A stretch of 64,000 nt of DNA, from NCBI GenBank assembly GCA_964610335.1, contig CAZSVP010000001.1, forward strand, positions 351,442 through 415,441, in the 5' to 3' direction. This document shows positions 9,858 through 19,629 of this stretch, one piece after another (the stretch's first letter is position 1; the number at the start of each line of letters is the position of its first letter). The translations under genes were made by a program, and so were the position numbers. The stretch is from an uncultured Candidatus Saccharibacteria bacterium (GTDB lineage Bacteria > Patescibacteriota > Saccharimonadia > CAILAD01 > BJGX01). Under the pieces are notes generated by a model. That model worked only from the letters and a program-made list of their open reading frames with translations. It had not been told where the DNA came from and made no database searches.

Positions 9858-10964
9858 TTATAACTGCTTGAGTAAGAATTGAGCAATCTGCTGATTTACA
9901 TCTGGGTTGGTGAGAGCGCGGCATCGATTCTGATAACCATCGTAGTCAGCTAAAATGTTGTTGATGGCGGCAGCCAAGTCCTTACTATTCAAACATACTT
10001 CACCAAGGCGGTTCTTTTCCACAAAGAGAGCATTACCAACCTCTTGTCCTGGTATAATCTTGGTGATTATCTGTGGTTTGGCGGCAGTAATGCATTCCAT
10101 AACCGTAGAGCCACCAGCTTTCGTGACTACTATATCACTAGCCAATATATAGTAGGGCATCTTATCACTCCATCCAACAATGTTAGCCAAACGACCGACT
10201 GAGTTTTTTGATAGGCTGTTTTTGAGCGATTGATTGCGGCCGCAGATGACAATTATGCCCCAATCTGGATACAGATTGTGAAGTCGCTTTACCATTCTTG
10301 TAGCAGTGATACTATTGTCACTGGCCGGTAGGTACAAAAAGTTTTTTTTGGATGGGTCTAAACCAGCTTGTTTTAAGAATTTAGATGGATTGAATGACTT
10401 GTTGAAAAACCGTTGGTCTACTGGATAACCAAAGCTATGTAGTTTATTACGTGCTACTCCCATCGAGTGTAAGACTTCGGCACTATCAACGTTCGGTACT
10501 AAGTACTGGTCAACACTACCCATCGTCCAAGATGTGTGTAGTGATATTGTATCTGTTACTAGAGTGACTACTGGTATGTTACCTATAATGGATTTACTAA
10601 GCAGACTAGCTAGGTAAACCCAGCCAGGAGCATTTATTAGGATCAGATCAGCTTGCTTGCCGGCGAAGAACCTATCGAGTCGATCCTTGTTGATTCTATA
10701 ACCAATTCGATTTAGTGCTCGTACCACAGACGGTCGATCAGTGGCATCAAAGAATACCTGGTAAAGAAGGGGTGTATATTTGGACCAATTGTCGTAGGTT
10801 TTCTTGGTAGTTTGGTTGAAATCCGCACCCACCACGTCACCAAAATCAACAATTTCAACCTTTGTCTTTGGTGAGTGCTTTGATAGGGCAGTAGTCACCG
10901 CCTTAGCAGTAGCAATATGTCCATTGCCGTATACTGAACTGAGTATCAATATAGTTTTGCTCAT
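9858..10964 (-). CDS. MGDG synthase/UgtP-like glycosyltransferase (GT28)
   Basis: GNGH, VTD, GYPV, CGRN, TKAGGSTVME, PGQEVGNA. Confidence 0.85.
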   Translation of the reverse strand: MSKTILILSSVYGNGHIATAKAVTTALSKHSPKTKVEIVDFGDVVGADFNQTTKKTYDNWSKYTPLLYQVFFDATDRPSVVRALNRIGYRINKDRLDRFFAGKQADLILINAPGWVYLASLLSKSIIGNIPVVTLVTDTISLHTSWTMGSVDQYLVPNVDSAEVLHSMGVARNKLHSFGYPVDQRFFNKSFNPSKFLKQAGLDPSKKNFLYLPASDNSITATRMVKRLHNLYPDWGIIVICGRNQSLKNSLSKNSVGRLANIVGWSDKMPYYILASDIVVTKAGGSTVMECITAAKPQIITKIIPGQEVGNALFVEKNRLGEVCLNSKDLAAAINNILADYDGYQNRCRALTNPDVNQQIAQFLLKQL

Positions 10965-11020
10965 TAACAATAAGTATAGCGCTTTTTGTCAGTATACTGT
11001 GAAGCTGCTAAAGTAAATAT

Positions 11021-11761
11021 ATGCCCAATAAATCACCAATTGTTTCTGTGGTAGTACCTACTTTCAACGAACAATCCAATCTCCAAGTATGCCTACAACA
11101 ATTTAATGGTATTGGTAAGGGAATTATTGAATTAGTTGTAAGTGATGATGGTAGTAGTGATGGCACTCTCAAAATTGCCCACAAACTGGCTGATGTGGTG
11201 GTGGAACGACCGAAACACATCGAGCTTCATACTATTGCCCGAAATCGCAATGCCGGTGCTCGCGCTGCCAGTGGCTTGGTGATTGTATTTATCGATGCCG
11301 ACACGATTGTCCGTGATCCGGCAGGATTTATTGAGATTGTCTCTGAACAGTTTGCACAACAATCAAACCTAGCTTCATTGGTTCCGCGTGTGGAAATAGA
11401 GCCCAAACAAGCTAAATTATCAGATCGGTTGGTACATGGCTATATCAATTTTCAGTATCGAGTACTTGTGGGGCTTGGAATGGCTGGAGGTGGTGGCCAA
11501 TGCCAGATAGTTCGTCGTGATGCTTTCAATTCAGTAGGGGGTTATCACGAGGCCTTAACTGCTAGCGAAGATGTCGAATTGATACGCCGCCTCAAGAAGA
11601 TTGGCAAAGTGAAGTTCAGTCCAAGCTTGGTAGTATACGAATCGCCCCGTCGCTACCGTGATCAGGGTTATGTCCGAACCCTGTGGCAATGGTTTGTTAA
11701 CTATATATCCGTCTTATTTAAGGGCCGAGCACACTCCAAACACTGGAAACGAGTGCGTTAG
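11021..11761 (+). CDS. Glycosyltransferase family 2
   Basis: SVVVPTFNE, DDGSSDGT, RNAGA, FIDAD, EDVEL, SPRR. Confidence 0.9.
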   Translation: MPNKSPIVSVVVPTFNEQSNLQVCLQQFNGIGKGIIELVVSDDGSSDGTLKIAHKLADVVVERPKHIELHTIARNRNAGARAASGLVIVFIDADTIVRDPAGFIEIVSEQFAQQSNLASLVPRVEIEPKQAKLSDRLVHGYINFQYRVLVGLGMAGGGGQCQIVRRDAFNSVGGYHEALTASEDVELIRRLKKIGKVKFSPSLVVYESPRRYRDQGYVRTLWQWFVNYISVLFKGRAHSKHWKRVR

Positions 11762-12987
11762 TCATCTATTAGTTCTTGATACTGATCAGCTAGCACCTTT
11801 GCCTGTCGCTCGATTGTTATAGATTGGGCTGCCTTATGGGCAGCTTCTTTCATCTCTATCGTATCTTGGGAGAGTATAGTTGTAACCTTGCTGGCGAAGT
11901 CTGTTATGGTCGGCTTACTTAACAAACCTGTTCTATGGTTGATAGTGACAGCTGATATGTCAGGATCACACCATATCATTGGCAACCTCATCATGGCTGA
12001 CTCATTGAGCACAAGTCCCTGGGTATCTGTCAACGATGGAAACACAAACACATCTGATTGGTTCATGGCTGCAAGTACTCGCGCGTGCGATTGCATACCC
12101 ATAAAATGTACTTGCTTGCCTATACCAAGCTCTTCGGCGAGATATCCTAGTTGATTGCGGTAAGGGCCATCACCAATAAGCACTACATGAGTGCTAGGAA
12201 GCTTCTTGGCGACATGAGCAAAAGACCTAATTGCTAGTTCGAGATTTTTTTCCTTACCAATCCTACCTGCAAACAGCACTATTTTGGCATCATCTTTTGC
12301 TAATATAGATTTTCGTAAATCCCAATTAGCTGGTTTCTCGTGTATATCAATTCCTGTTGGTATTACGACTACCTGTGACTTGGTGTGGTATGAGTGTAGT
12401 AGATTAGCAATTTTTTGAGATGGTGCAATTACCAAATCGCAGTAGTTGTGAAAGGTTGTAAGACCATTTTTTAGGAATTGTTTTGTGATCTGTCGAGAAC
12501 CCACAGAGTGGCGAAACTCGACTAAGATATTACGAATGGTTCGCAGGTCTTTTATGAAAAGTAACCCAGCGAAAGTAGCTGGCACCAATCCCCAGAAGAT
12601 ATGTTTGTAGACACTCAGGTACTGCACTAGGTCGGTATGATAAGTGCTAACAATCGGGATGTTGTCAGTTAGGGCTACTCGTAGGCCCAATATACCAATC
12701 TGTGCAGGTGTGTGAATATGCACTATATCCAGATCATATTCGCGTATCTTGTGAATATTGGCTGCAGTCCAAGGAAAAGTATCGCGGTAATCTTCATACC
12801 AGACGCTAGGGATTGAGCGAAATCTTACCACACCTGATTCATGCTTCTTCATACCAATAGGGGCCTGCGGGCAGAATATGGTTACCTCGTGACCGAGCTT
12901 ACGGAGTGCTTTTGCAAATAGATCTACAGATACAGCAACTCCATCAGTTTGCGGGAAGTATCGATCTGTAAAAAAGCCAATTTTCAT
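11758..12987 (-). CDS. Glycosyltransferase family 4 (diacylglycerol glucosyltransferase-like)
   Basis: MKIGFFTDRYFPQTDGV, TYHT, GRIGKEKN, DTQGLVLNE. Confidence 0.9.
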   Translation of the reverse strand: MKIGFFTDRYFPQTDGVAVSVDLFAKALRKLGHEVTIFCPQAPIGMKKHESGVVRFRSIPSVWYEDYRDTFPWTAANIHKIREYDLDIVHIHTPAQIGILGLRVALTDNIPIVSTYHTDLVQYLSVYKHIFWGLVPATFAGLLFIKDLRTIRNILVEFRHSVGSRQITKQFLKNGLTTFHNYCDLVIAPSQKIANLLHSYHTKSQVVVIPTGIDIHEKPANWDLRKSILAKDDAKIVLFAGRIGKEKNLELAIRSFAHVAKKLPSTHVVLIGDGPYRNQLGYLAEELGIGKQVHFMGMQSHARVLAAMNQSDVFVFPSLTDTQGLVLNESAMMRLPMIWCDPDISAVTINHRTGLLSKPTITDFASKVTTILSQDTIEMKEAAHKAAQSITIERQAKVLADQYQELIDD

Positions 12988-14000
12988 GCTTCACCCTCAA
13001 TTATTTTAGTATAAATTTTTGTAATGCTGTTTAAGTAGTGTTCACTACCAAACCGTTCAGCAATGTCTTTGGCCTTCTGTGAGTATTCCTTTTGTAGTTT
13101 AGTGCTTTTTGATAATTCAACCAGTTTACTAGAGAATGTTTTGTCTGTTGCGTATATCACATCACCACCAAATGCGTCCTTGTACTCTGGTATATCCCGA
13201 AGTATTATTGGTAGTCCACAAGCCGCCGCTTCCAGTACTGCAAGCGGGTGATTCTCTTGGTTTGAAGGCAGAACAAATACATCTGCAGCAGAGTAGTACT
13301 GGTAAACTTGTTCAAGGGGGATTACACCTGTAATTAGCAGATTATCTGGTAGGTGAGTCATGTTTTGCTTGTTTTCTTTGCTATTTGCACCGAGCTTTTT
13401 AAATGGCATTCCGCCCACCCAGATAAACTGCATTTTTGGATTGTCTTTAGCCATCTTATGGAATACGTCAAAACGTTTGCGAGGTTGTATTTGGCCAACG
13501 CTAACTACCACGAATGCTGACTGATCTATACCAAGCTTGGAGCGCTTATCATGTTTGCTTCCTGCAGCCTTACGTATCTTATCGATATTGATTGCGTTTG
13601 GAACAACTGAAACTTTTTTGGTAATACCAATATCATGTTTCAAGCTATCAGCCACCATCTGAGAGACCGCAACCACATGGTCTGCTCGTTCATAAAAAAA
13701 GCGTAGATACTTCTCTGAAATTTTGTACCAGTGTTTTGCGCCTTTAAACGATCCTATGAAGGAATCAGGTATAACATGTGCTGTTACGCAGGTATTGTTA
13801 TTTCTGAGTAGCTTGGCAAGGCTATAAGGCCCAACGGTGTGAATGTGGCATATATCGGTTTTTTTGCTACTGTTAACATATACCTGGAAACTATTACTAC
13901 TTCGGAGTGCACTAACATGCTCCAGGTAGGCAGTGTGTACGCCGTGACCTTGAACGGTAAATTCACTCTCTGATATTACATTGACTGATATAGGCTTCAT
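12984..14000 (-). CDS. Glycosyltransferase family 4 (CpoA-like)
   Basis: GHGVHTAY, HIHT, GQIQPRK, ENHPLAVLEAA, LRDIPEY. Confidence 0.88.
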   Translation of the reverse strand: MKPISVNVISESEFTVQGHGVHTAYLEHVSALRSSNSFQVYVNSSKKTDICHIHTVGPYSLAKLLRNNNTCVTAHVIPDSFIGSFKGAKHWYKISEKYLRFFYERADHVVAVSQMVADSLKHDIGITKKVSVVPNAINIDKIRKAAGSKHDKRSKLGIDQSAFVVVSVGQIQPRKRFDVFHKMAKDNPKMQFIWVGGMPFKKLGANSKENKQNMTHLPDNLLITGVIPLEQVYQYYSAADVFVLPSNQENHPLAVLEAAACGLPIILRDIPEYKDAFGGDVIYATDKTFSSKLVELSKSTKLQKEYSQKAKDIAERFGSEHYLNSITKIYTKIIEGEA

Positions 14001-14048
14001 TGCATATATTTTAACCTGTTAATCAAACTAATGCTATGGTGATATAAC

Positions 14049-14076
14049 TTGTAATGCCGCAATATTATGGTATAAT
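14049..14076 (+). promoter_or_regulatory. ssrA promoter
   Basis: TTGTAA-16 bp-TATAAT with TG extension, 9 nt before the tmRNA 5' end. Confidence 0.65.
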
Positions 14077-14085
14077 ATTCCTTAT

Positions 14086-14477
14086 GGGGCTGACTAGCTT
14101 CGACATGTGGATCTTGAAATGTACTGGCAAACCGGGTTGAGCTACACGTTAGCTGGCTCACCAAAACTTAAGTGCCAAATCACTTATGCGCGACCTCGTC
14201 AATGCCGTTAAGGTTAACGAGCTAGCACCAGCTTACGCTTAATTGCGCTAAGCCGTTCAATACCTGACATCAGATAGGGTTGCGAGCGACACTTTTCTGA
14301 TTGCTCTTGGTTAGTCCCTCCATGGCCAAGCTAAGCTGAAGACAGGGGAAGCGGAGTACTGTTTTTGTTTGATCTCTCGATGTACTTTGCTTTTAAAACC
14401 AATCAGATCTGACTATGTTTGTAGAAGGTACATTCAATGCCATGTGGACGAGGGTGCGATTCCCTCCAGCTCCACCA
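14086..14477 (+). ncRNA. ssrA: tmRNA
   Basis: 5' GGGGCTGA...TTCGAC; 3' T-arm and acceptor GAGGGTGCGATTCCCTCCAGCTCCACCA; internal tag ORF 14174-14242; smpB nearby. Confidence 0.95.
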
Positions 14478-14507
14478 AAAAAAGATCAGGTAAACTGGTC
14501 TTTTTTT
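14478..14507 (+). terminator. Intrinsic terminator after ssrA
   Basis: AAGATCAG-gtaaa-CTGGTCTT followed by a T run. Confidence 0.75.
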
Positions 14508-14565
14508 GATTGTAGGTAAAAGATTTTGACTATATTTTTAGTATCATTGGCGATACAATCCAGAT

Positions 14566-15381
14566 ATGACTATGCCAATAAATATTGTGTTCGTGCGCCA
14601 CGGCCAGTCGGAGCAAAACCTAGCCTCACACAAGTCCAAGGCTGGAGATACGAGTTTTTATACCAAAGAATTTGCTGACCGACATAGCTCACGCCACCGT
14701 CTGACACACAAGGGTCGTGGTCAAGCTGAGGCAGCAGGTAAATGGCTCAAGGCAAACGACATGGAGATGTTCGATCGGCTCATAGTATCAGATTATATAC
14801 GCGCCAAAGAGACAGCTGCGTTGTTGGATTTACATGGCCCTGATTGGTTCGTAGAACCCATGCTACGTGAGCGCGAATGGGGCGAGCTCGACAACATGAG
14901 TTGGGAGGAGCGCCAAGAGAAGTCTAGTACGCTTATGAAACATCGCGATACTGACTCCTTCTACTGGATACCGCCCAATGGTGAGTCGATCGCGCACATG
15001 ACCTTGCGCTTGCGTAACGTACTCGACACCTTACACCGAGAGTGTAGCGACAAGAATGTAATCATAGTATGCCACGGTGAGGTGATGTGGGGATTTCGAT
15101 TCCTAATGGAGCGCATGTCGATTGGCCGCTGGATGGATTTGGAAGCTTCAGACGAACCAGGAGTAAAGATCTTCAACTGTCAGGTATTACACTACACCAG
15201 ACGCGATCCGGAAACAGGCGAGCTAGCCAGCCATCTCAACTGGTTGCGCTCGGTTAGCCCAGCCGATCCAAGCAATAACGGACCAGGCTGGCAACAGATA
15301 GAGCGCCGCAAATATAGCAACGAAGATTTGTTGAATGATGTTGATCAAGTCAAACCACTGTTCCCAGATCATAAAGATTAG
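14566..15381 (+). CDS. Histidine phosphatase (phosphoglycerate mutase family)
   Basis: RHGQS, SDYIRAKETA, LREREWG, PPNGES, VCHG. Confidence 0.9.
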   Translation: MTMPINIVFVRHGQSEQNLASHKSKAGDTSFYTKEFADRHSSRHRLTHKGRGQAEAAGKWLKANDMEMFDRLIVSDYIRAKETAALLDLHGPDWFVEPMLREREWGELDNMSWEERQEKSSTLMKHRDTDSFYWIPPNGESIAHMTLRLRNVLDTLHRECSDKNVIIVCHGEVMWGFRFLMERMSIGRWMDLEASDEPGVKIFNCQVLHYTRRDPETGELASHLNWLRSVSPADPSNNGPGWQQIERRKYSNEDLLNDVDQVKPLFPDHKD

Positions 15382-15528
15382 TCCACGGGGGTGAGTTATT
15401 TTTACAACTATACCATATCAACCTGAAAACTCAATTCGCTTGATAGTGAATTTGAATACTCAGGCTGGTGGCCGAGCCTCCAGGATGTTATCCCATAGGC
15501 TCGGCCGACCCGCACGCTTGTTGACAGA

Positions 15529-16437
15529 TCAGACCACACCGACCGGCTCTTGCCCGGTGATCTTGCTGAAGGCTTCGATGTAACGACGACGCGTCAGATC
15601 GAAGAACTTCTGGTCGATTTCTGGCGCAGGCGCTGTCTTGTCCCACTTTCCCTCATCGCAGAGCTGCTGATAGACATCGCGCAGGATCTGCTTGTCGTAG
15701 CTGGGCGTGCTCTGCCCAGGCACCCACATATTGGCTGGCCAGAAACGGCTGCTGTCAGGTGTGAGAACCTCATCGCACAGCACCAACTCACCGTCGATCA
15801 GGCCGAGCTCGAACTTGGTGTCGGCGACGATGATGCCACACGAATCGAGAGCGTGGGCGGCACCACGTCTGTACAGATCGAAGCAGATCTCTGCTCCGGC
15901 ATCGACCAATTCATGTCCGCAGCCAGGGAACTGCTGCTCGATGATCGCGATGGCGTCTTCTATCGAGATGTTGATGTCGTGCTCACCATCTGGCGCCTTG
16001 GTGCTGGGTGTGAAGATCGGCTCGGGCAGCTGGCTGGCCTCGACCAACCCCTCGGGCAGTTGGATGCCACAGAGGTAGCCACCATCGCGCTTGTACTCCT
16101 TGAGCCCTGAGCCGGTCAGGTAGCCGCGCACGATGAACTCGATCTTGAGCATCTCTGCCATCCGCACCAGCACACCTCGACCGTACAGATCGGGGATGTC
16201 GTTGAGCTCAGGTGGGAAGCGGTTCTGGTTGGTGCTGATGTGCGCTCGCGGCACGTTCGGGAACAAATCGAGCCAGAACTCCGTGAACTGCGTCAGGATC
16301 TTGCCCCTGTCGCGTACCCGTTGGGGCAGTACCACATCGAACACACTGGTGCGATCGGTACGGACATGCAGCTGCTGGCCAGGTCCGGCGTCGTAGACGT
16401 CGCAGACCTTGCCTGTGTAGATTGGGGTGAGTGTCAT
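15529..16437 (-). CDS. purC: SAICAR synthetase
   Basis: GKVCDVY, DRTSVFD, EFIVRGYLTGS, FTPSTKA, DTKFELG, DEVLTPDSSRFW, DKQ. Confidence 0.95.
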   Translation of the reverse strand: MTLTPIYTGKVCDVYDAGPGQQLHVRTDRTSVFDVVLPQRVRDRGKILTQFTEFWLDLFPNVPRAHISTNQNRFPPELNDIPDLYGRGVLVRMAEMLKIEFIVRGYLTGSGLKEYKRDGGYLCGIQLPEGLVEASQLPEPIFTPSTKAPDGEHDINISIEDAIAIIEQQFPGCGHELVDAGAEICFDLYRRGAAHALDSCGIIVADTKFELGLIDGELVLCDEVLTPDSSRFWPANMWVPGQSTPSYDKQILRDVYQQLCDEGKWDKTAPAPEIDQKFFDLTRRRYIEAFSKITGQEPVGVV

Positions 16438-16465
16438 CTGATCCTCCTGTTGGTTTGGGTTGAAC

Positions 16466-16969
16466 TCAGTCGGCGTTGATGTCGATGTCGAACTCGGCCG
16501 GCTTGGTGTTGGCCTTGATGTACCTGTCCAACCAATCTCCGACCGGAGCGCTCTTGAGGCGGTACATCTGCAGGCTGGCGATGGCGGCTCCGGTGATGCC
16601 GTGCTTGCCCACGCCGGTCGTGAGCACTGGCACTCCGGGAGCCATGCGCAGACAGCTGTCCAGGCCGAACTGGTCGAGGGGCACTGCGATCACTGGGTGG
16701 CTCATCATGTTGGCACCGGCCAATGCTCCTGGGAGCGCGGCTGCCAGGCCGGCGATACCGATGAAGATCGAGGGCTCGGACGTGGCCAGCTCGTGATCGA
16801 CGAAGGCTTGGAGATCTTTCGGGTTGCGGTGCGCCGAACAGGCGTGGTACTTCACGAACCCAGGGCCGATATCCAGATCGGCGCAGAGCTGGTCGTAGAT
16901 GCTCGGCATCTTCGACTCCTTGATGACAGGCAGGTCGGAATCCTTGCTGCCCATGACGACGTGGATCAT
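16466..16969 (-). CDS. purE: PurE-family AIR carboxylase / N5-CAIR mutase (divergent)
   Basis: MGSKDSDL, SAHR, AGLAAALPG, PVIAVP, MAPGVPV. Confidence 0.88.
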   Translation of the reverse strand: MIHVVMGSKDSDLPVIKESKMPSIYDQLCADLDIGPGFVKYHACSAHRNPKDLQAFVDHELATSEPSIFIGIAGLAAALPGALAGANMMSHPVIAVPLDQFGLDSCLRMAPGVPVLTTGVGKHGITGAAIASLQMYRLKSAPVGDWLDRYIKANTKPAEFDIDINAD

Positions 16970-17064
16970 GGTATCTCTCTTTCAGTTGTCAATTTCGTGC
17001 GGGTCAGCGATCTAACGCTGCGGGTTATTTTATCTGAAAACTACCTAATTGGGTAGCATAAGCA

Positions 17065-17754
17065 TTATTTGCTGTGTTCGATGGTTGAACGGCGACGTTT
17101 GAAATACCGGTAAGTGCTGCGCGGCGATCTGTAAAGCTGGCGCATTTTGACAGCCACTATAAGCTTAGGGTCAAACAGGATTCTGCCACCAGCCTTGTAA
17201 ATTTGAATCGCTAAGTCGACATCTTCGTGGATTGTGCTATCGTCATCAGTAACTTTGGCACGTACTTGCTGCCACATGGCTCTAGTAATTGCCATGTTAG
17301 AGCCCCACAGGGTAGGTGAGCCCATCATTTGCTCTGTTCTGTGGAAGTAGAGCCGTGTATGCAGCCTAGTGATAGTAGGTCGCACAATTTGGTGGAAGTC
17401 GTAAAACTCAGCTGGTCCAGTGATTGCGTCGAGTTTCTTATCTGTAAAGGTACTCGTTACTTGCTTACACCAGCTCGGCGGAAGGATAGTATCAGCATCG
17501 ATGCGCCCAATGATGCTACATTTGGCAGCATTGAAGCCCGCTGTGCGGGCGTGGCCAATGCCTTGTTTTGGTTCGTGAATAATTCGTAATTGTTTAAGGC
17601 CAACATTTTGGGCTACTGCGATGGTATCGTCTTTTGAATTGTTGTCTACCAAAATTACTTCGTCGGGCGGCTGTGTTTGCGCGGCAATTGCGCGCAAACA
17701 CACGCCAATATATTTGGCTTCGTTGTGGGCGGGGATGACGATACTAAGGCTCAT
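17065..17754 (-). CDS. Glycosyltransferase family 2
   Basis: SIVIPAHNE, VDNNSKDDT, RIDADT, HEDVDL; start placed at ATG 17754. Confidence 0.88.
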   Translation of the reverse strand: MSLSIVIPAHNEAKYIGVCLRAIAAQTQPPDEVILVDNNSKDDTIAVAQNVGLKQLRIIHEPKQGIGHARTAGFNAAKCSIIGRIDADTILPPSWCKQVTSTFTDKKLDAITGPAEFYDFHQIVRPTITRLHTRLYFHRTEQMMGSPTLWGSNMAITRAMWQQVRAKVTDDDSTIHEDVDLAIQIYKAGGRILFDPKLIVAVKMRQLYRSPRSTYRYFKRRRSTIEHSK

Positions 17755-17841
17755 GACATTATTGTCGGCGAAGTTGATTACAAAAACAAATTCATTGTTG
17801 CGCACACAAATTTTATGACAAAAATATTTTGGTATAAAAGA

Positions 17842-17873
17842 AGATCAGCCTCGACTTGCGTCTTGGCTGATCT
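17842..17873 (-). terminator. Terminator-like hairpin
   Basis: AGATCAGCC...GGCTGATCT followed by TCTTTT on the - strand. Confidence 0.6.
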
Positions 17874-17928
17874 GTTGGAAGAGCTTTGTTTTTGTTTTTG
17901 AGTAATTTATGTGTGCAGCACTGAATTA

Positions 17929-17958
17929 ATGATAACGCTTCAGCTTATGGTCTGTCAA
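17929..17958 (-). promoter_or_regulatory. sigma70-type promoter
   Basis: TTGACA-18 bp-TATCAT on the - strand. Confidence 0.6.
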
Positions 17959-18006
17959 CAACTTTTTTGAAAAAAAATCAGACTTTTTTATAAAAACTTT
18001 TGTTTA

Positions 18007-19008
18007 TTATTGTGGAGCCAACTTGCCGCGCCGGGCCAGTGAGTTGGTGTGGAGCCAACGAGCAAACTCTTTTTGTGCGGCGGCGGCGTTCTTGGCTTCG
18101 CCAGCCCATACTTTCATAGCGGGGTCTTGCACGGCACGCGAGAACGAAAAAGTTATGGGCCACGGCTGAGTTCCTTGGCTGTCTATTGCATTGAGATTTT
18201 GACAGGCTTGTTCAGGGCTTTGACCACCACTTAAGAATACTATCCCGCCTAGTTCATTGGGTACTCTTAAGCGTAGTACATCGAGAGTATTTTGGGCCAC
18301 CTGATCTGGTGAAGACTGTTTTTTGGAGTCTTTGCCTGCCAATACCATACTGGTTTTAAGAATTACATTATCCAAATCTACTTTGTAGGCGCTAAGGATA
18401 TCAAATAAGATTCTCAGGACATTGCTGGTAACTTCGGCAGCTTGTTCGATGGTGTGGTCGCCGTCATATAGTATCTCTGGTTCTACAAGTGGAACTAGAT
18501 TATTACTTTGAGCCAGGGCTGCATAACGCGCCATAATATTGAGATTGGCGTGAATGGCAGCCATGCTAGGAAGGGAATTGGCTTGATTTATCTGAAATGC
18601 TGCTCGCCACTTGGTAAAACTTGCCCCAGCAGTAGCATATTTATGTAACCGCTGGTCCAACCCATCTAACCCCTCGGTAATTGTCTCGGGCTCAAAGTTG
18701 GTAAAAGGCACTAGTCCACAATCTACTTTTATGCCGGCAAGGATACCTTGAGAGGCAAGATACTCAACAAAACTCATGTTTTGGTCGTTCTTTTGCCAAA
18801 AAGTCTCGTCATGTAAGATCACACCACTAACATATTGTGCGAAATCAGGTGTTTCAAACAGTATTTGACGATAAGTACGACGTATTTCGGGAGTGGACGC
18901 AATATGTAGAGATTGTAGCCGCCCTGTAGCATTCTTCGGGCTTTCATCGGCTGCCAAGATTCCTTTGGGTTCAACAAATAGTTGTTGGATGGTCTTACTC
19001 ATGTTCAT
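18007..19008 (-). CDS. Class I fructose-bisphosphate aldolase
   Basis: KGILAADES, GIKVD, EGLDGL, KWRA, PLVEPE, LKTSMV, FLSGGQ, FSFSRA. Confidence 0.95.
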   Translation of the reverse strand: MNMSKTIQQLFVEPKGILAADESPKNATGRLQSLHIASTPEIRRTYRQILFETPDFAQYVSGVILHDETFWQKNDQNMSFVEYLASQGILAGIKVDCGLVPFTNFEPETITEGLDGLDQRLHKYATAGASFTKWRAAFQINQANSLPSMAAIHANLNIMARYAALAQSNNLVPLVEPEILYDGDHTIEQAAEVTSNVLRILFDILSAYKVDLDNVILKTSMVLAGKDSKKQSSPDQVAQNTLDVLRLRVPNELGGIVFLSGGQSPEQACQNLNAIDSQGTQPWPITFSFSRAVQDPAMKVWAGEAKNAAAAQKEFARWLHTNSLARRGKLAPQ

Positions 19009-19135
19009 AACTGTTATGGTAACACATCAGAACTAGGTTTTTAAACAGTAATTCATGCATTAATTCAGTGTGGCAGCACCGAGAATGCGTATCTAACCGA
19101 GTGATCTACAGGTATAGTACAAGAATTGTACTCAA

Positions 19136-19579
19136 CTATTTCTGTTTGACGTCGCGTTCTATATCGCGCTTAGTGGCTTTTTGACGAAGAGTTTCGCGCT
19201 TGTCGTGAAGCTTTTTACCGCGTCCGATGCCGATTTCCAGCTTTACCAGACCTCGTTCAACTCCAACCTTGAGTGGCACAGCGCTCATGCCTTGGGCACT
19301 GGCCTGCTCAATCAGATCTTCGATCTGTTTACGGTGGGCGAGCAGCTTGCGTTCGCGAGTCGGATCGTTATCCTCAGAGGGGGCAAACTTATATGGCGAG
19401 ATGTGGGCGTTTACCAGGTACAATTCTCCTGCTTTGTGGCGGACAAAGCTACCCTTGAGGCTAATTGAGCCTGACTTAACACTCTTGACTTCAGCGCCAG
19501 TTAATACCAAACCTACCACCAGAGTATGGTCTATCTGGTAGTCGTGACGGGCACGTCGATTGGTAGCTATCACTTTCAT
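19136..19579 (-). CDS. smpB: SsrA-binding protein
   Basis: NRRARHDY, GLVLTGAEVKS, RKLLAH, GKKLHDKR. Confidence 0.97.
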   Translation of the reverse strand: MKVIATNRRARHDYQIDHTLVVGLVLTGAEVKSVKSGSISLKGSFVRHKAGELYLVNAHISPYKFAPSEDNDPTRERKLLAHRKQIEDLIEQASAQGMSAVPLKVGVERGLVKLEIGIGRGKKLHDKRETLRQKATKRDIERDVKQK

Positions 19580-19629
19580 AAGCTAGATTATAGCTGATTT
19601 AGGGTAGTTTCGGATATAATAGAGTCATT

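Larger units (their letters stand above)
15507..17005. repeat. Imperfect inverted repeat pair bounding the high-GC purE-purC cassette
   Basis: 15507-15526 GACCCGCACG-cttg-TTGACA on +; 16987-17005 reads GACCCGCACG-aaa-TTGACA on -. Confidence 0.7.

Noticed and set aside
15550-17056. Long + strand ORFs opposite purC/purE
   Set aside because: Antisense shadows typical of high-GC coding DNA.
14478-17060. Integrative element inserted at ssrA
   Set aside because: No integrase, and no duplicated ssrA 3' end was seen.
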